Assembly: GCA_963718665.1 (NCBI GenBank)
Contig: OY970359.1
Span: 384,001-448,000, forward strand
Origin: an uncultured Phycisphaerales bacterium
Lineage (GTDB): Bacteria > Planctomycetota > Phycisphaerae > Sedimentisphaerales > Anaerobacaceae
DNA: 64,000 bases
Direction: 5' to 3'
The position numbers and the translations under genes were made by a program. The notes beneath the pieces were generated by a model. The model searched no databases and was not told the origin of the DNA. It saw only the letters and a list, made by a program, of their open reading frames with translations. Shown in pieces: positions 11,710-20,172 of this stretch (the first letter of the stretch is position 1; every line of letters starts with the position of its first letter).

Positions 11710-12089
11710 CAGCGTTCAGCGGGTAGCGTACAGCGTTCAGGATTAAACATCCTATACAGCATCGCGCCCACTTCATCCATCAACGATTCTATATTTGCGT
11801 TTTTATCAGTATACCCCAAATCCACGGATAAAAGAAGCTGCGTTTGCAATTCAAGCAACGAGCCATAAGCGTGGCGTAAAAACTGATTATATTCGGGCTT
11901 ATGTTTCCTCCCATATCCTTCTGCTATATTAGACGGGATAGAAACAGCCGCCCTTCTCATTTCCTGAACCAGACCGTATTGCTCATTGTTCGGAAATGCT
12001 TTTGTTATTTTATAAATTTCCAGGACCAGCCGGTATCCTTTTTGCCAGACAATCAGGTCCTTAAAAGTTTTTGTTTTCATACTTTCCAT
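11709..12089 (-). CDS. Four-helix-bundle protein (23S rRNA intervening-sequence protein / bAvd-like family)
   Basis: FKDLIVWQK, [28 protein letters not shown]; stop overlaps the secA start (TGATG). Confidence 0.92.
   Translation of the reverse strand: MESMKTKTFKDLIVWQKGYRLVLEIYKITKAFPNNEQYGLVQEMRRAAVSIPSNIAEGYGRKHKPEYNQFLRHAYGSLLELQTQLLLSVDLGYTDKNANIESLMDEVGAMLYRMFNPERCTLPAER
11710..11740. repeat. Heptamer array CAGCGTT/CAGCGGG/TAGCGTA at the 3' end of the four-helix gene
   Basis: cagcgtt cagcggg tagcgta cagcgtt cag. Confidence 0.85.
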
Positions 12090-12093
12090 AGTT

Positions 12094-12234
12094 CTGTCCG
12101 CTGTTTACTCTTCTCTGTCCCTGTCCGCTGAACGCTGTACGCTGTTCTTTGTTTACTGTTTTTCCTGCACGCCGTCCGCTGTACGTTGTTTACTATCTTT
12201 TCTGTACGCTGAACGCTGACCGCTGTACGCTGAT
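12094..12234. repeat. Long degenerate heptamer array (CTGTACG/CTGAACG/CTGTCCG), inverted relative to 11710-11740
   Basis: e.g. ctgtccg ctgaacg ctgtacg; ctgtacg ctgaacg ctgaccg ctgtacg. Confidence 0.85.
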
Positions 12235-12240
12235 TCGGCA

Positions 12241-12269
12241 GTATCTTAAACTCCGGTTGTATTGTCAAG
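12241..12269 (-). promoter_or_regulatory. Putative sigma70-type promoter for the four-helix/secA transcript
   Basis: Minus strand TTGACA-N17-GATACT; near-duplicate at about 13122-13150. Confidence 0.45.
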
Positions 12270-12323
12270 GATGGGGAAAGGTGTCGAGCGATTTTTCGAG
12301 GGGAACCTGTAGAAATGCTTTTT

Positions 12324-12407
12324 TCAAACCTTTAATTTTTCTAACATCACCGCGCCGAGGCCGAGAAGTAATAGCGTGGCGGGTTCAGGGCAAGATAGGG
12401 AACTCAT
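12324..12407 (-). CDS. Mini-ORF consisting almost only of a PEP-CTERM sorting signal (MSSLSCPEPATLLLLGLGAVMLEKLKV)
   Basis: Manual translation; PEPATLLLLGLG matches the PEP-CTERM pattern; AAAGGAG directly abuts the ATG, so spacing is atypical. Confidence 0.5.
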   Translation of the reverse strand: MSSLSCPEPATLLLLGLGAVMLEKLKV

Positions 12408-12458
12408 CTCCTTTCAAATGCGATGGATTTTTAGAGCACGACAAAAAAGCGTATTCTT

Positions 12459-12487
12459 TTGACGGAACATTATCCAGGATGTAAAAT
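12459..12487 (+). promoter_or_regulatory. sigma70-type promoter of the 29-aa peptide gene
   Basis: TTGACG-N17-TAAAAT. Confidence 0.6.
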
Positions 12488-12536
12488 AAAACAGAGAAGC
12501 AAAATAATAGAAACTTAAATCTTAAGGAGACGAACG

Positions 12537-12626
12537 ATGCTATTGATGAGCACTTTAAACTTGATACTTATAGGTGTGGGGGTCGTAGTGTTGGTTTTGG
12601 CTATTATCCTGAAAGTGAAAAGTTAA
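12537..12626 (+). CDS. 29-aa single-TM peptide (MLLMSTLNLILIGVGVVVLVLAIILKVKS)
   Basis: AAGGAGA RBS 6 nt upstream, own promoter, downstream hairpin; below the ORF-track cutoff. Confidence 0.65.
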   Translation: MLLMSTLNLILIGVGVVVLVLAIILKVKS

Positions 12627-12660
12627 GGTCGAGGAAAGAATCCACCATTTGACAAGCCGG

Positions 12661-12686
12661 AAAAAAGGCGAGATTTACCGCCTTTT
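12661..12686. terminator. Bidirectional terminator-like hairpin
   Basis: AAAAAAGGCG-AGATTTAC-CGCCTTTT. Confidence 0.7.
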
Positions 12687-12740
12687 GGCTGCTATCACAG
12701 CACCGAGGCCGAGAAGCAAAAGCGTGACGGGATTGGGGCA
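12675..12740 (-). pseudogene. Orphan PEP-CTERM remnant (CPNPVTLLLLGLGAVIAAKRR*) with no start codon
   Basis: Manual translation; nucleotide similarity to 12347-12394; in-frame stop upstream. Confidence 0.55.
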
Positions 12741-12748
12741 AGTATTGC

Positions 12749-12815
12749 TGTCTGGTGTCTTGGGTCTGTGGTCTTGGGTCTCAACTGAACGCTGTCCGCT
12801 GCACGCTGAACGCTA
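12749..12815. repeat. Two abutting heptamer arrays (TGTCTTG/GGTCTGT type, then CTGAACG/CTGTCCG type)
   Basis: tgtctgg tgtcttg ggtctgt ggtcttg ggtctca; ctgaacg ctgtccg ctgcacg ctgaacg. Confidence 0.75.
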
Positions 12816-12816
12816 T

Positions 12817-13083
12817 TTAACGTTTATTCTCAAGCAATTCACACATTTTTTTCCTGGCATAATAACGATTAAGCCCCTGGCTGCGGCTCTTTTGAATTTT
12901 TACTGATAGGCCGCTGGTGATATGTTTTAGATAAACGCAGGTAGAGCTTTTATTTACTTTCTGGCCGCCTGAACCGCTGCTTCTAACGAACTTTTCTTCT
13001 ATATCTTTTTCGAACAAATTGCATTTCCGCATACGCTGCGCAAGCTCTTGCTTTTTCCGTTCTGTAATTCCAAAGTTAATCAT
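12817..13083 (-). CDS. RF-1-domain (GGQ) peptidyl-tRNA hydrolase, ArfB-like, apparently lacking the C-terminal tail
   Basis: FVRSSGSGGQKVNK, RSQGLNR. Confidence 0.85.
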   Translation of the reverse strand: MINFGITERKKQELAQRMRKCNLFEKDIEEKFVRSSGSGGQKVNKSSTCVYLKHITSGLSVKIQKSRSQGLNRYYARKKMCELLENKR

Positions 13084-13270
13084 AGGTTGTCAGTTGTTTT
13101 CTGTTTTTTCTGTACGCCGAATACTATCGTAAACTATGGTTGTGTTGTCAAGGACAGGGAAAAGAGGGTATGCTAAAATGGGTAATTGAGCCGTTTTCCC
13201 GATAAACCATCCCTTCTTTTCAGCCGATATAATCTCATAGCGAGATATGGATTTCAAAAGGAGAACTGCC

Positions 13271-13711
13271 ATGCGTTTCAGATTAGCAACAACGGAGGAC
13301 CTGAAAATAATTAAATCGTGGTTGAAAGAGGAATTTGACCGTTCTGGGACAGGAAATGGCTTTTACAACAATACAAACCTGATAGAGGAGGGGCAGAAAA
13401 GAGGCGAACTTACTGTAGCAATAGACAACAAGGATAATTTACCTGTGGCCTTTTATCTCGGAAACGGATGCTCTGCTGAAATTCTTGAAGTTAGACCAGA
13501 TTATCGCGGAAAAGGTATAGGGCGTTTATTCGTGGAACACATTATTAAATGTGCGAAAAACAAGGGCTATCCTGCTATATCTGGTTTTTGTTGTCCCGAA
13601 GAATCGCTTCCTTTTTGGTTAAAGATGGGCTTTAAACGAACGGGCAATTGGGTGAAATTCAATGTATCGACGAAATCGGACGAGAATACGACATGCTGTG
13701 GTTACGGGTGA
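13271..13711 (+). CDS. GNAT family N-acetyltransferase
   Basis: EVRPDYRGKGIGR acetyl-CoA motif; FWLKMGF; AGGAGA RBS before 13271. Confidence 0.85.
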   Translation: MRFRLATTEDLKIIKSWLKEEFDRSGTGNGFYNNTNLIEEGQKRGELTVAIDNKDNLPVAFYLGNGCSAEILEVRPDYRGKGIGRLFVEHIIKCAKNKGYPAISGFCCPEESLPFWLKMGFKRTGNWVKFNVSTKSDENTTCCGYG

Positions 13712-13795
13712 ATAAAATTATTAGATGACATTTCTGTTACACCCCCACCTCTAACAGAGAAGCATGTTGGTAAACCGGCCTTAAAGGAGTGAGCA

Positions 13796-13981
13796 ATGAA
13801 AACTATCTTACACAAGTCCAAATCCTATGCCGTAGAGGCATTGCGTTTAGCCGGTAAACAGATGCTCTGCGATATTATCAAGTGGACCGTAATCATTATC
13901 ATAGCCGCTATTGTGTTTCTAATCGTGTATCACATTCTTTACGGCCCAGACCCCTCCATTGCGGCGTCCAGGTCAAGATAG
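13796..13981 (+). CDS. Small single-TM hypothetical protein
   Basis: AAAGGAG RBS; hydrophobic stretch. Confidence 0.6.
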   Translation: MKTILHKSKSYAVEALRLAGKQMLCDIIKWTVIIIIAAIVFLIVYHILYGPDPSIAASRSR

Positions 13982-14027
13982 GAGCCAGATGGTAAGTGAG
14001 CCAGCGTCAGCTAACTGGCCTTAAAAA

Positions 14028-14519
14028 ATGGTTAATCGTAAATACAAGCCCGGACTTCCCCGCAAGGGATGGCATAGGGTCGATGAATGGGACTTACGTG
14101 AAGATGGTTCATCACCAGATGAAACTAATTATGCCACCTGCGAAGCGTGCAACCATTACCCTGTCCGGTATGTTCACGTTTTACAACACGATAAATACCC
14201 AGACAAGATTAAAGTTGGCCGTGATTGTGCGGGAAACCTAACTGAGGATTATAAAAAACTACAGGTCAGACAAACTAACAGAGAGGCCGAAAAATTAAAG
14301 CGTTTATTGCGACGGTGGAAGACATCTCGTTTGAAAGTCGAACGTTTCCTCTTAACTGTGTTCCCAGATAAAAATAAGCAGGGCTTTTGGAAGTGGGGCT
14401 TTGTCAATCGCTATACGGGTTATACCAGAATCAGTAATCGCTCTTATCCAACGATTGATGAGACCAAACTTGAGTGCTTGAATGAATTATTTGCTAAATG
14501 GTTATCTAACATTGTTTAA
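14028..14519 (+). CDS. Hypothetical protein with a CxxC...H...C putative metal site
   Basis: CEACNHYPVRYVHVLQH...VGRDCA. Confidence 0.65.
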   Translation: MVNRKYKPGLPRKGWHRVDEWDLREDGSSPDETNYATCEACNHYPVRYVHVLQHDKYPDKIKVGRDCAGNLTEDYKKLQVRQTNREAEKLKRLLRRWKTSRLKVERFLLTVFPDKNKQGFWKWGFVNRYTGYTRISNRSYPTIDETKLECLNELFAKWLSNIV

Positions 14520-14549
14520 CACAAAGAAAAAGGTGCCAGATAAGAATTG

Positions 14550-14570
14550 ATGGGCTAAAGCCCATCCTAC
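14550..14570 (-). repeat. GTAG-footed REP-like hairpin
   Basis: Minus strand GTAGG-ATGGGC-TTTA-GCCCAT. Confidence 0.65.
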
Positions 14571-14573
14571 GAA

Positions 14574-14604
14574 CTGTCCGCTACCCGCTGAACGCTGTCC
14601 GCTG
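14574..14604. repeat. Heptamer array; inverted copy of 11710-11733
   Basis: ctgtccg ctacccg ctgaacg ctgtccg ctg. Confidence 0.8.
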
Positions 14605-14614
14605 AAAACTATTT

Positions 14615-16864
14615 TTATCTTCTTCTTTTGGCTTTTTTGTGTTTTCGGCGGACGGCGAATCTTCCGCCGCCGTGTTTGGCGCGTTTGCCCTTTTCTTTGG
14701 GCCTGAGCTGTGGACGGGAAGGATGAAGGCCGCCTTCGAGGATAGCTAAAACAGGCGTGACGTTTAACTGCCTTGCGGCGACATTTACGGAAACGATGCG
14801 GACTTTCATCGGCTGTCCCAGGCAAACAATCCGCCCTGAATGTCTGCCTACGATGGAGCCATGTTTGGGGTTGTATTGCCACTGGTCAGGGCCTAAATCC
14901 GCAAGCTGCACGAGGCCCTCGATACCGAGTTTACGCGACTGGACAAATATGCCGAAATTCGTCAGGCCCGTAACAACACAATCCATCTCCTCGCCCACCT
15001 TATCTGCCAGCATTTGCAGAATCAAAACCGCCTTCAATTCGCGCTCTGCGTCGTCGGCTCGCTCCTCGGTAAACGTGATGTGCCTGCCGATATCCGCCAA
15101 CTGCTGATTATCAGGCATCCAGTCAGAGCCCGCTTCGAGGTCGCCTCGCAAATAACAATCCAAGGCACGATGAACGAGCAGGTCGGCGTATCGCCTAATC
15201 GGGCTTGTGAAATGCCCATATAATTCCGAGGCGAGCGCGTAATGACCTATATGCAGAGGTGAATACTGCGCCTTTTCCATACTTCGCAAAACGACGAGGT
15301 TTATCGCAAGAGAGCTGTCGGTGCCTTTGACGGAATTAAGAAGCTGCTGCAGCGAGGCCCGGTCTGGCAAACGGGGCAAGCTCAATCCCAATGACCGGAC
15401 AAGCTCGGCAAGATTTCGCATAGTAAAGGCATCCGGCTCAGGGTGAACCCGCCTCATAACCGGGATATTATTGCGGTCCAGAACCGTCGCCACGGCCTCG
15501 TTGGCCTCGACCATAAACATCTCGATTATCGTATGCGGATAACTATTATCCGCCGGCTGGCCATCGATAACCCTGCCCGCTTCATCGAAAACAAGCTCCG
15601 TCTCAGGCAAATCGAGGTGCAGCATACCCTCTCTATCGCGGCGTTTCTCGATTATCCGCGCAAGCGTATTCATATCATTTAATAAAGGCATCACTTCGGG
15701 TTTTATATCTTTGGTGTGCCCTTTTAGGAAGCGGTCAACCTGCTGATAAGTCAATCGCTGGGTCGAACGGATAATACTGTTGCGATAATTGCGATTTACG
15801 ACGTTACCGTCATTGTCGTAAGCAATATATGCGCTTTTGACTAATCGCAATTGGTCGGGCTGCAAACTGCAAACGCCGTTGCTCAGCATCTCAGGCAGCA
15901 TCGGGATGACCCTGCCCGGAAGATATATGCTGTTGCCCCGCTCCTTGGCTTCCTTATCCAAAGGCGTTCCGGGCGGCACAAAAAACGTAACATCGGCGAT
16001 GTGAACACCCAATAGCCAGTTGCCTTTCGCGTCGCGTCCCAAACTAATCGCGTCGTCAAAATCCTTCGCGTCGAGCGGGTCAATCGTAACTATGATTTTG
16101 TTGGTTATATCGTCCCTGTCGCGTATATTTTCCGGCTTATATTCGGTCGCGGCCTTATGCGCCTGAAAAATACAGGAGTCGTTGAATTCGCCCGGAAGCT
16201 GGAACTGGTGAGCAATCGAGGCGATTTCGCTTTCGTATCTGCCCGCTTTGCCCAGCACCTCGACAATCACCCCGCGAGCGAGACGTCTTTCTGTGGGATA
16301 AGATAATATCTCGATGACCACCTTGTCCTTTTCTCTGGCGTTTTTTGCAGTAACGTCATCGACGGTTATGGGGTCAGTCGCTCCCGAACCATCCGGCTGT
16401 ACAAGCCAGCCCTCGGGCTTTCGCATCAGCGTGCCTACAAAGCGGTTGCGTCCCCGCTGAACAATCTCGATGATTCTGCCGCTGTAACGGATTTGCTCTC
16501 CCCTGGTAGATTTCTCGACGACCTTGGCGGCAACGACATCGCCCGTCATCGCCTCCATCGTATCTCCAGGCGGGATAAATAAATCGACGTGGGCCGCCGA
16601 TTCCAATGGCGTAACAAAGCCGAAGCCCCTTGGATTGGCGCGGAAGGTCCCGATGATTCGTCCCGCAAGGCCGGCAAGCCCGACTACGCTGCCGTCGCCC
16701 AGGACGACGTGGCCCGCGTGATGAAGCTCATCGAACGCTCGCTTGAACTCGGGATAATCAGCATGGTCGATACCCAACGCCCCGGCCAGCTCGCTGACCT
16801 TGACCGGCTTGTAGTCGGCGTGCTTCAGTAACTTGATGATTTTCTTCTTATATACTTCTCGCAT
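14615..16864 (-). CDS. rnr: Ribonuclease R
   Basis: TIDPLDAKDFDDA, VHIADV, HFTSPIRRYADL, S1 domain, basic tail; start MREVY is likely. Confidence 0.96.
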   Translation of the reverse strand: MREVYKKKIIKLLKHADYKPVKVSELAGALGIDHADYPEFKRAFDELHHAGHVVLGDGSVVGLAGLAGRIIGTFRANPRGFGFVTPLESAAHVDLFIPPGDTMEAMTGDVVAAKVVEKSTRGEQIRYSGRIIEIVQRGRNRFVGTLMRKPEGWLVQPDGSGATDPITVDDVTAKNAREKDKVVIEILSYPTERRLARGVIVEVLGKAGRYESEIASIAHQFQLPGEFNDSCIFQAHKAATEYKPENIRDRDDITNKIIVTIDPLDAKDFDDAISLGRDAKGNWLLGVHIADVTFFVPPGTPLDKEAKERGNSIYLPGRVIPMLPEMLSNGVCSLQPDQLRLVKSAYIAYDNDGNVVNRNYRNSIIRSTQRLTYQQVDRFLKGHTKDIKPEVMPLLNDMNTLARIIEKRRDREGMLHLDLPETELVFDEAGRVIDGQPADNSYPHTIIEMFMVEANEAVATVLDRNNIPVMRRVHPEPDAFTMRNLAELVRSLGLSLPRLPDRASLQQLLNSVKGTDSSLAINLVVLRSMEKAQYSPLHIGHYALASELYGHFTSPIRRYADLLVHRALDCYLRGDLEAGSDWMPDNQQLADIGRHITFTEERADDAERELKAVLILQMLADKVGEEMDCVVTGLTNFGIFVQSRKLGIEGLVQLADLGPDQWQYNPKHGSIVGRHSGRIVCLGQPMKVRIVSVNVAARQLNVTPVLAILEGGLHPSRPQLRPKEKGKRAKHGGGRFAVRRKHKKAKRRR

Positions 16865-16959
16865 TTTAACCACTAATGGCTTGGCCATCCCTATCGGGAG
16901 ACACAAAGGCACTATTTTCTAATTTTACTTTGTGTCTTGGTGCCTTCGTGACTTTGTGG

Positions 16960-17238
16960 TTAGGCCGGCGCTTTTGCTTTCAGCGCGTTAAGCTTTTTGG
17001 CAAGACGTGATTTTTTGCGAGCGGCTGTCTTTTTATGCATAGTGCTGGTCGATGCGACCTTATCCAGCCGTTTGGCCGTCAGACGGAACTGCTCCGCTGC
17101 CGCCTTGATGTCGCCACTGGCAATCGCGTCCTCAAAACGCTTAATCTGCGTCTTGACGCTGCTCTTTCTTGCGCGATTAATTGCCCTTCTTTTTTCGTTC
17201 TGCCTTACTCTCTTTTTTGCCGACAACGAATGAGCCAC
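16960..17238 (-). CDS. rpsT: 30S ribosomal protein S20
   Basis: MAHSLSAKKRVRQ...HKKTAARKKSRL. Confidence 0.97.
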   Translation of the reverse strand: MAHSLSAKKRVRQNEKRRAINRARKSSVKTQIKRFEDAIASGDIKAAAEQFRLTAKRLDKVASTSTMHKKTAARKKSRLAKKLNALKAKAPA

Positions 17239-17301
17239 TTCTGTCTCCTAAAAAACACTTCTGTTAACAATTTTCCTGCACACAGTTATTTTCAATACCT
17301 G

Positions 17302-18703
17302 CTATTTCGCTTCTTTTCTCAGCCGGTCAACCCGCTGGGAAACATCTTTGAACCCAAAATCAATCTGGGCTATTTTACGATATATGTCGAGGGCCTCAGC
17401 CCTTTTGCTCTGCTCCTCGAAGGAGCGGGCAAGATTATACCGCAATTCCTTCGCAATGTCGTCATCTTTTATTTCATAAGATTCGATTGCCCTGGTGAAA
17501 ATATCCTCCGCGTCGGCATACCAGCCCTTCATAAAAAAGCAAAGGCCTATCTTGCCCATCGCCGCAACCTTGTGCCTCAGGTCTTTCTGGGCCTCCTGAA
17601 GCATCGGAATCGCCTCATCGTACCTCTTGTTGTGGACTAAGCGCAGGCCGTATTCGTATTTCGCCTTGAGGTCGGTAGGATAGTTTTTGACGCAAAGCCC
17701 GTAATGTTCCATTTCCGCCTTGTTCAACTGCGCGATTAAACCGGCGTGCTTTGATTTCGCGACGCTGTCTTCGGGATTTGCGTCAATTACCTCGTCCGCC
17801 TCTCGTATCTTGCGTTTTACCTGCCCGATTCGAATCAGGCCCGCTCGTTCCTTGAAGCTGAAATCCTGTCTCTTTTTGTACGCATCATCAAGCAGTTTTA
17901 TCGCTTCTTCTTCCGCCTGGTCGGTCCTCATATCCGCCAGAACGCCTGCCAGTCCGAATATGCTATGTGCCGACTCAGGATTTTGCTCGTATGTCTTTCT
18001 CGCCGCCTCTACCGCAAGAACCCGGTAATCATTGCTCTTGACCACCCCCTGCTGCGACTGAAATACTTCCTGCTCCTCGCGATTTTTGATTGATTTGCGG
18101 AAGTCGCCCGCCTGGTCATATTTGCCTCGCGAGACAGTCAGCTCCGCGGATAATCTCTTCGCCTCGTCGGCTATTTCGCCGTCATCTGGACGCAATTTCG
18201 CCGCATACTGGCAGGCGGCAAGCGCCCTGTCCCACAACCCAATGGCCGCGTATGAATCCTTCAGCAGCAAATACGCATGTCGCCGACGGCGATTGTGAGG
18301 CGTTGTTGGCCGCGAACAGCAAATCCGCTATCCATTTTGCCGTTTGATTGTATCCGCCGGCCACAGCCGCTTTTAACATCGCCTCGATATACGGCAAATG
18401 TTCCGGGTCCCTGGCCATCAGATATTCGGCGTTAAGCAACTGTTCGAGGGGGTTCTTGCCGCGGGAATATTTCATTCTTTCCATTATTGAGGGTTTCTTG
18501 CCGCCCTTGGCCTGTCGTCTAAGGGCAAGCTCCCTAAGCTGCAAATGGCCGTCCTGAAGCGCATCAGGGTTACATCGCAAACCCTGGAGATACAAATCTA
18601 TAGCATAGTCAAAATTGTAGTTTGCGGCCGCTTCGTCGGCCTTTTCAAAAAACAACTTCGCCTTTGCGCATATTCCGTTGTCTTCAGGCATCAATTTCCT
18701 CAA
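17302..18703 (-). CDS. TPR protein split by a frameshift near 18280 (one gene)
   Basis: ORFs 18182-18703 and 17302-18270 join into one continuous TPR protein if one base is removed. Confidence 0.75.
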
Positions 18704-18860
18704 AAAATCACTTTATGAAGCTTCCCACACCATAATCGTATTCTTCGGCCAAATTCTGTCAACAAATAAATCCGCCACGGGCGTATAAATGCTTGTATTG
18801 AAATCCCGACTTTGCTATAAAACCGTGATACCTTAAACCTGATTTTTTGGAGAATATGAT

Positions 18861-20123
18861 ATGCTGACAGCACTTGAGCAGTATGACCCGCAAATATATG
18901 AACTTATAAGGCAGGAAGGCGCACGCCAGAGCGCCTGCGTCCGGCTGATCCCATCAGAAAACTACGTTTCCAAGGCGGTAATGCTGGCAAGCGGCAGCTG
19001 CCTGACCAATAAATACGCCGAGGGATACCCGGGCAAACGGTATTATGAGGGACAGCAGATTACCGACCTCATCGAAACCATCGCCCGACAGCGAGCCATA
19101 AAGATTTTCAAGGCCGACCACGCTAATGTCCAGCCATATTCCGGCTCGATAGCGAACCTCGCGGCTTATATCGCGCTGGCAAAGCCCGGCGATACGATTA
19201 TGGGACTTGCGCTGCCTCACGGCGGACACCTCACCCACGGCTGGAAAGTCAGCATGACCGGCAAAATCTTCAACTCAATGCAGTATGGCGTCAGCGCTGA
19301 AACAGGCAGGTTTGACTATGACCAGATCCGAGACCTGGCAAAGAAAAACAAGCCCAAAATCATAATCTCCGGCTGCACCGCTTATCCGCGAGAAATCAAT
19401 TTCGAGATTTTCGGCGATATCGCCAAAGAGGTCGGCGCATATCACGTCAGCGATATCGCCCATATCTCCGGCTTAGTCGTCGCGGGTGTCCACAAAAGCC
19501 CGGTTCCCTACGCCGACATCGTTTCAACAACAACACACAAGACGCTGCGAGGCCCGCGAGGCGGAATGCTGCTCTGCAAGACCGAACACGCCGACAAAGT
19601 CGATAAGGCCGTATTCCCCGGACTCCAGGGCGGCCCTCACATGCACACGATTACCGCGATTGCCGTCGCGCTGGCGGAAGCCGACACGACTGAATTTGTC
19701 GCTTACGCAAAACAGATTGTCAAAAATGCAAAGGCGATGGCCGAGAAACTGCTCGAATGCGGATTTAATCTCGTATCGGGCGGCACCGATAATCACCTGA
19801 TTCTCATCGATTTGAGAAACAAAAACATCCCCGGCAAAAAATTCGCCAAGGCGCTCGACCGAGCCAGAATCGAAACCAACTACAACACCGTGCCCAACGA
19901 CCCCGCCCCACCGGCAAATCCGAGCGGCCTGCGAATCGGAACGCCCGCGATTACCACACGTGGTATGAAAGAAGAACAGGCCCGACTAATCGCGGAATAT
20001 ATAGGCAAGGTCGCCGAGAACATCGATAATGAATCGGTCATCGAGCAGGTCGCCAAAGACGTTCTGCTTTTGTGCTCGCAGTTCCCGGTGCCGGACCACT
20101 TCATTATTCCGAACAGGAAATAA
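18861..20123 (+). CDS. glyA: Serine hydroxymethyltransferase
   Basis: NKYAEGYPGKRYY, GGHLTHG, TTTHKTLRGPRGG. Confidence 0.98.
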   Translation: MLTALEQYDPQIYELIRQEGARQSACVRLIPSENYVSKAVMLASGSCLTNKYAEGYPGKRYYEGQQITDLIETIARQRAIKIFKADHANVQPYSGSIANLAAYIALAKPGDTIMGLALPHGGHLTHGWKVSMTGKIFNSMQYGVSAETGRFDYDQIRDLAKKNKPKIIISGCTAYPREINFEIFGDIAKEVGAYHVSDIAHISGLVVAGVHKSPVPYADIVSTTTHKTLRGPRGGMLLCKTEHADKVDKAVFPGLQGGPHMHTITAIAVALAEADTTEFVAYAKQIVKNAKAMAEKLLECGFNLVSGGTDNHLILIDLRNKNIPGKKFAKALDRARIETNYNTVPNDPAPPANPSGLRIGTPAITTRGMKEEQARLIAEYIGKVAENIDNESVIEQVAKDVLLLCSQFPVPDHFIIPNRK

Positions 20124-20172
20124 TCGCTGGTATTTGCAGCCGTTTACTTTTCGCTGCGATTTGTGTGCAGGG

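Noticed and set aside
12094..12234. CRISPR array
   Set aside because: Repeats are contiguous degenerate 7-mers without unique spacers; no cas genes in the window.
12077..12268. 63-aa ORF with QRTA repeats
   Set aside because: It is a translation of the heptamer array; no RBS or family similarity recognised.
13200..14520. Integron cassette array
   Set aside because: No convincing attC sites (RYYYAAC...GTTRRRY with paired boxes) between the genes, and no integrase.
11709..14600. Diversity-generating retroelement, suggested by the bAvd-like gene
   Set aside because: No reverse transcriptase and no TR/VR pair differing at adenines; the 12347/12695 repeat is explained by PEP-CTERM coding.
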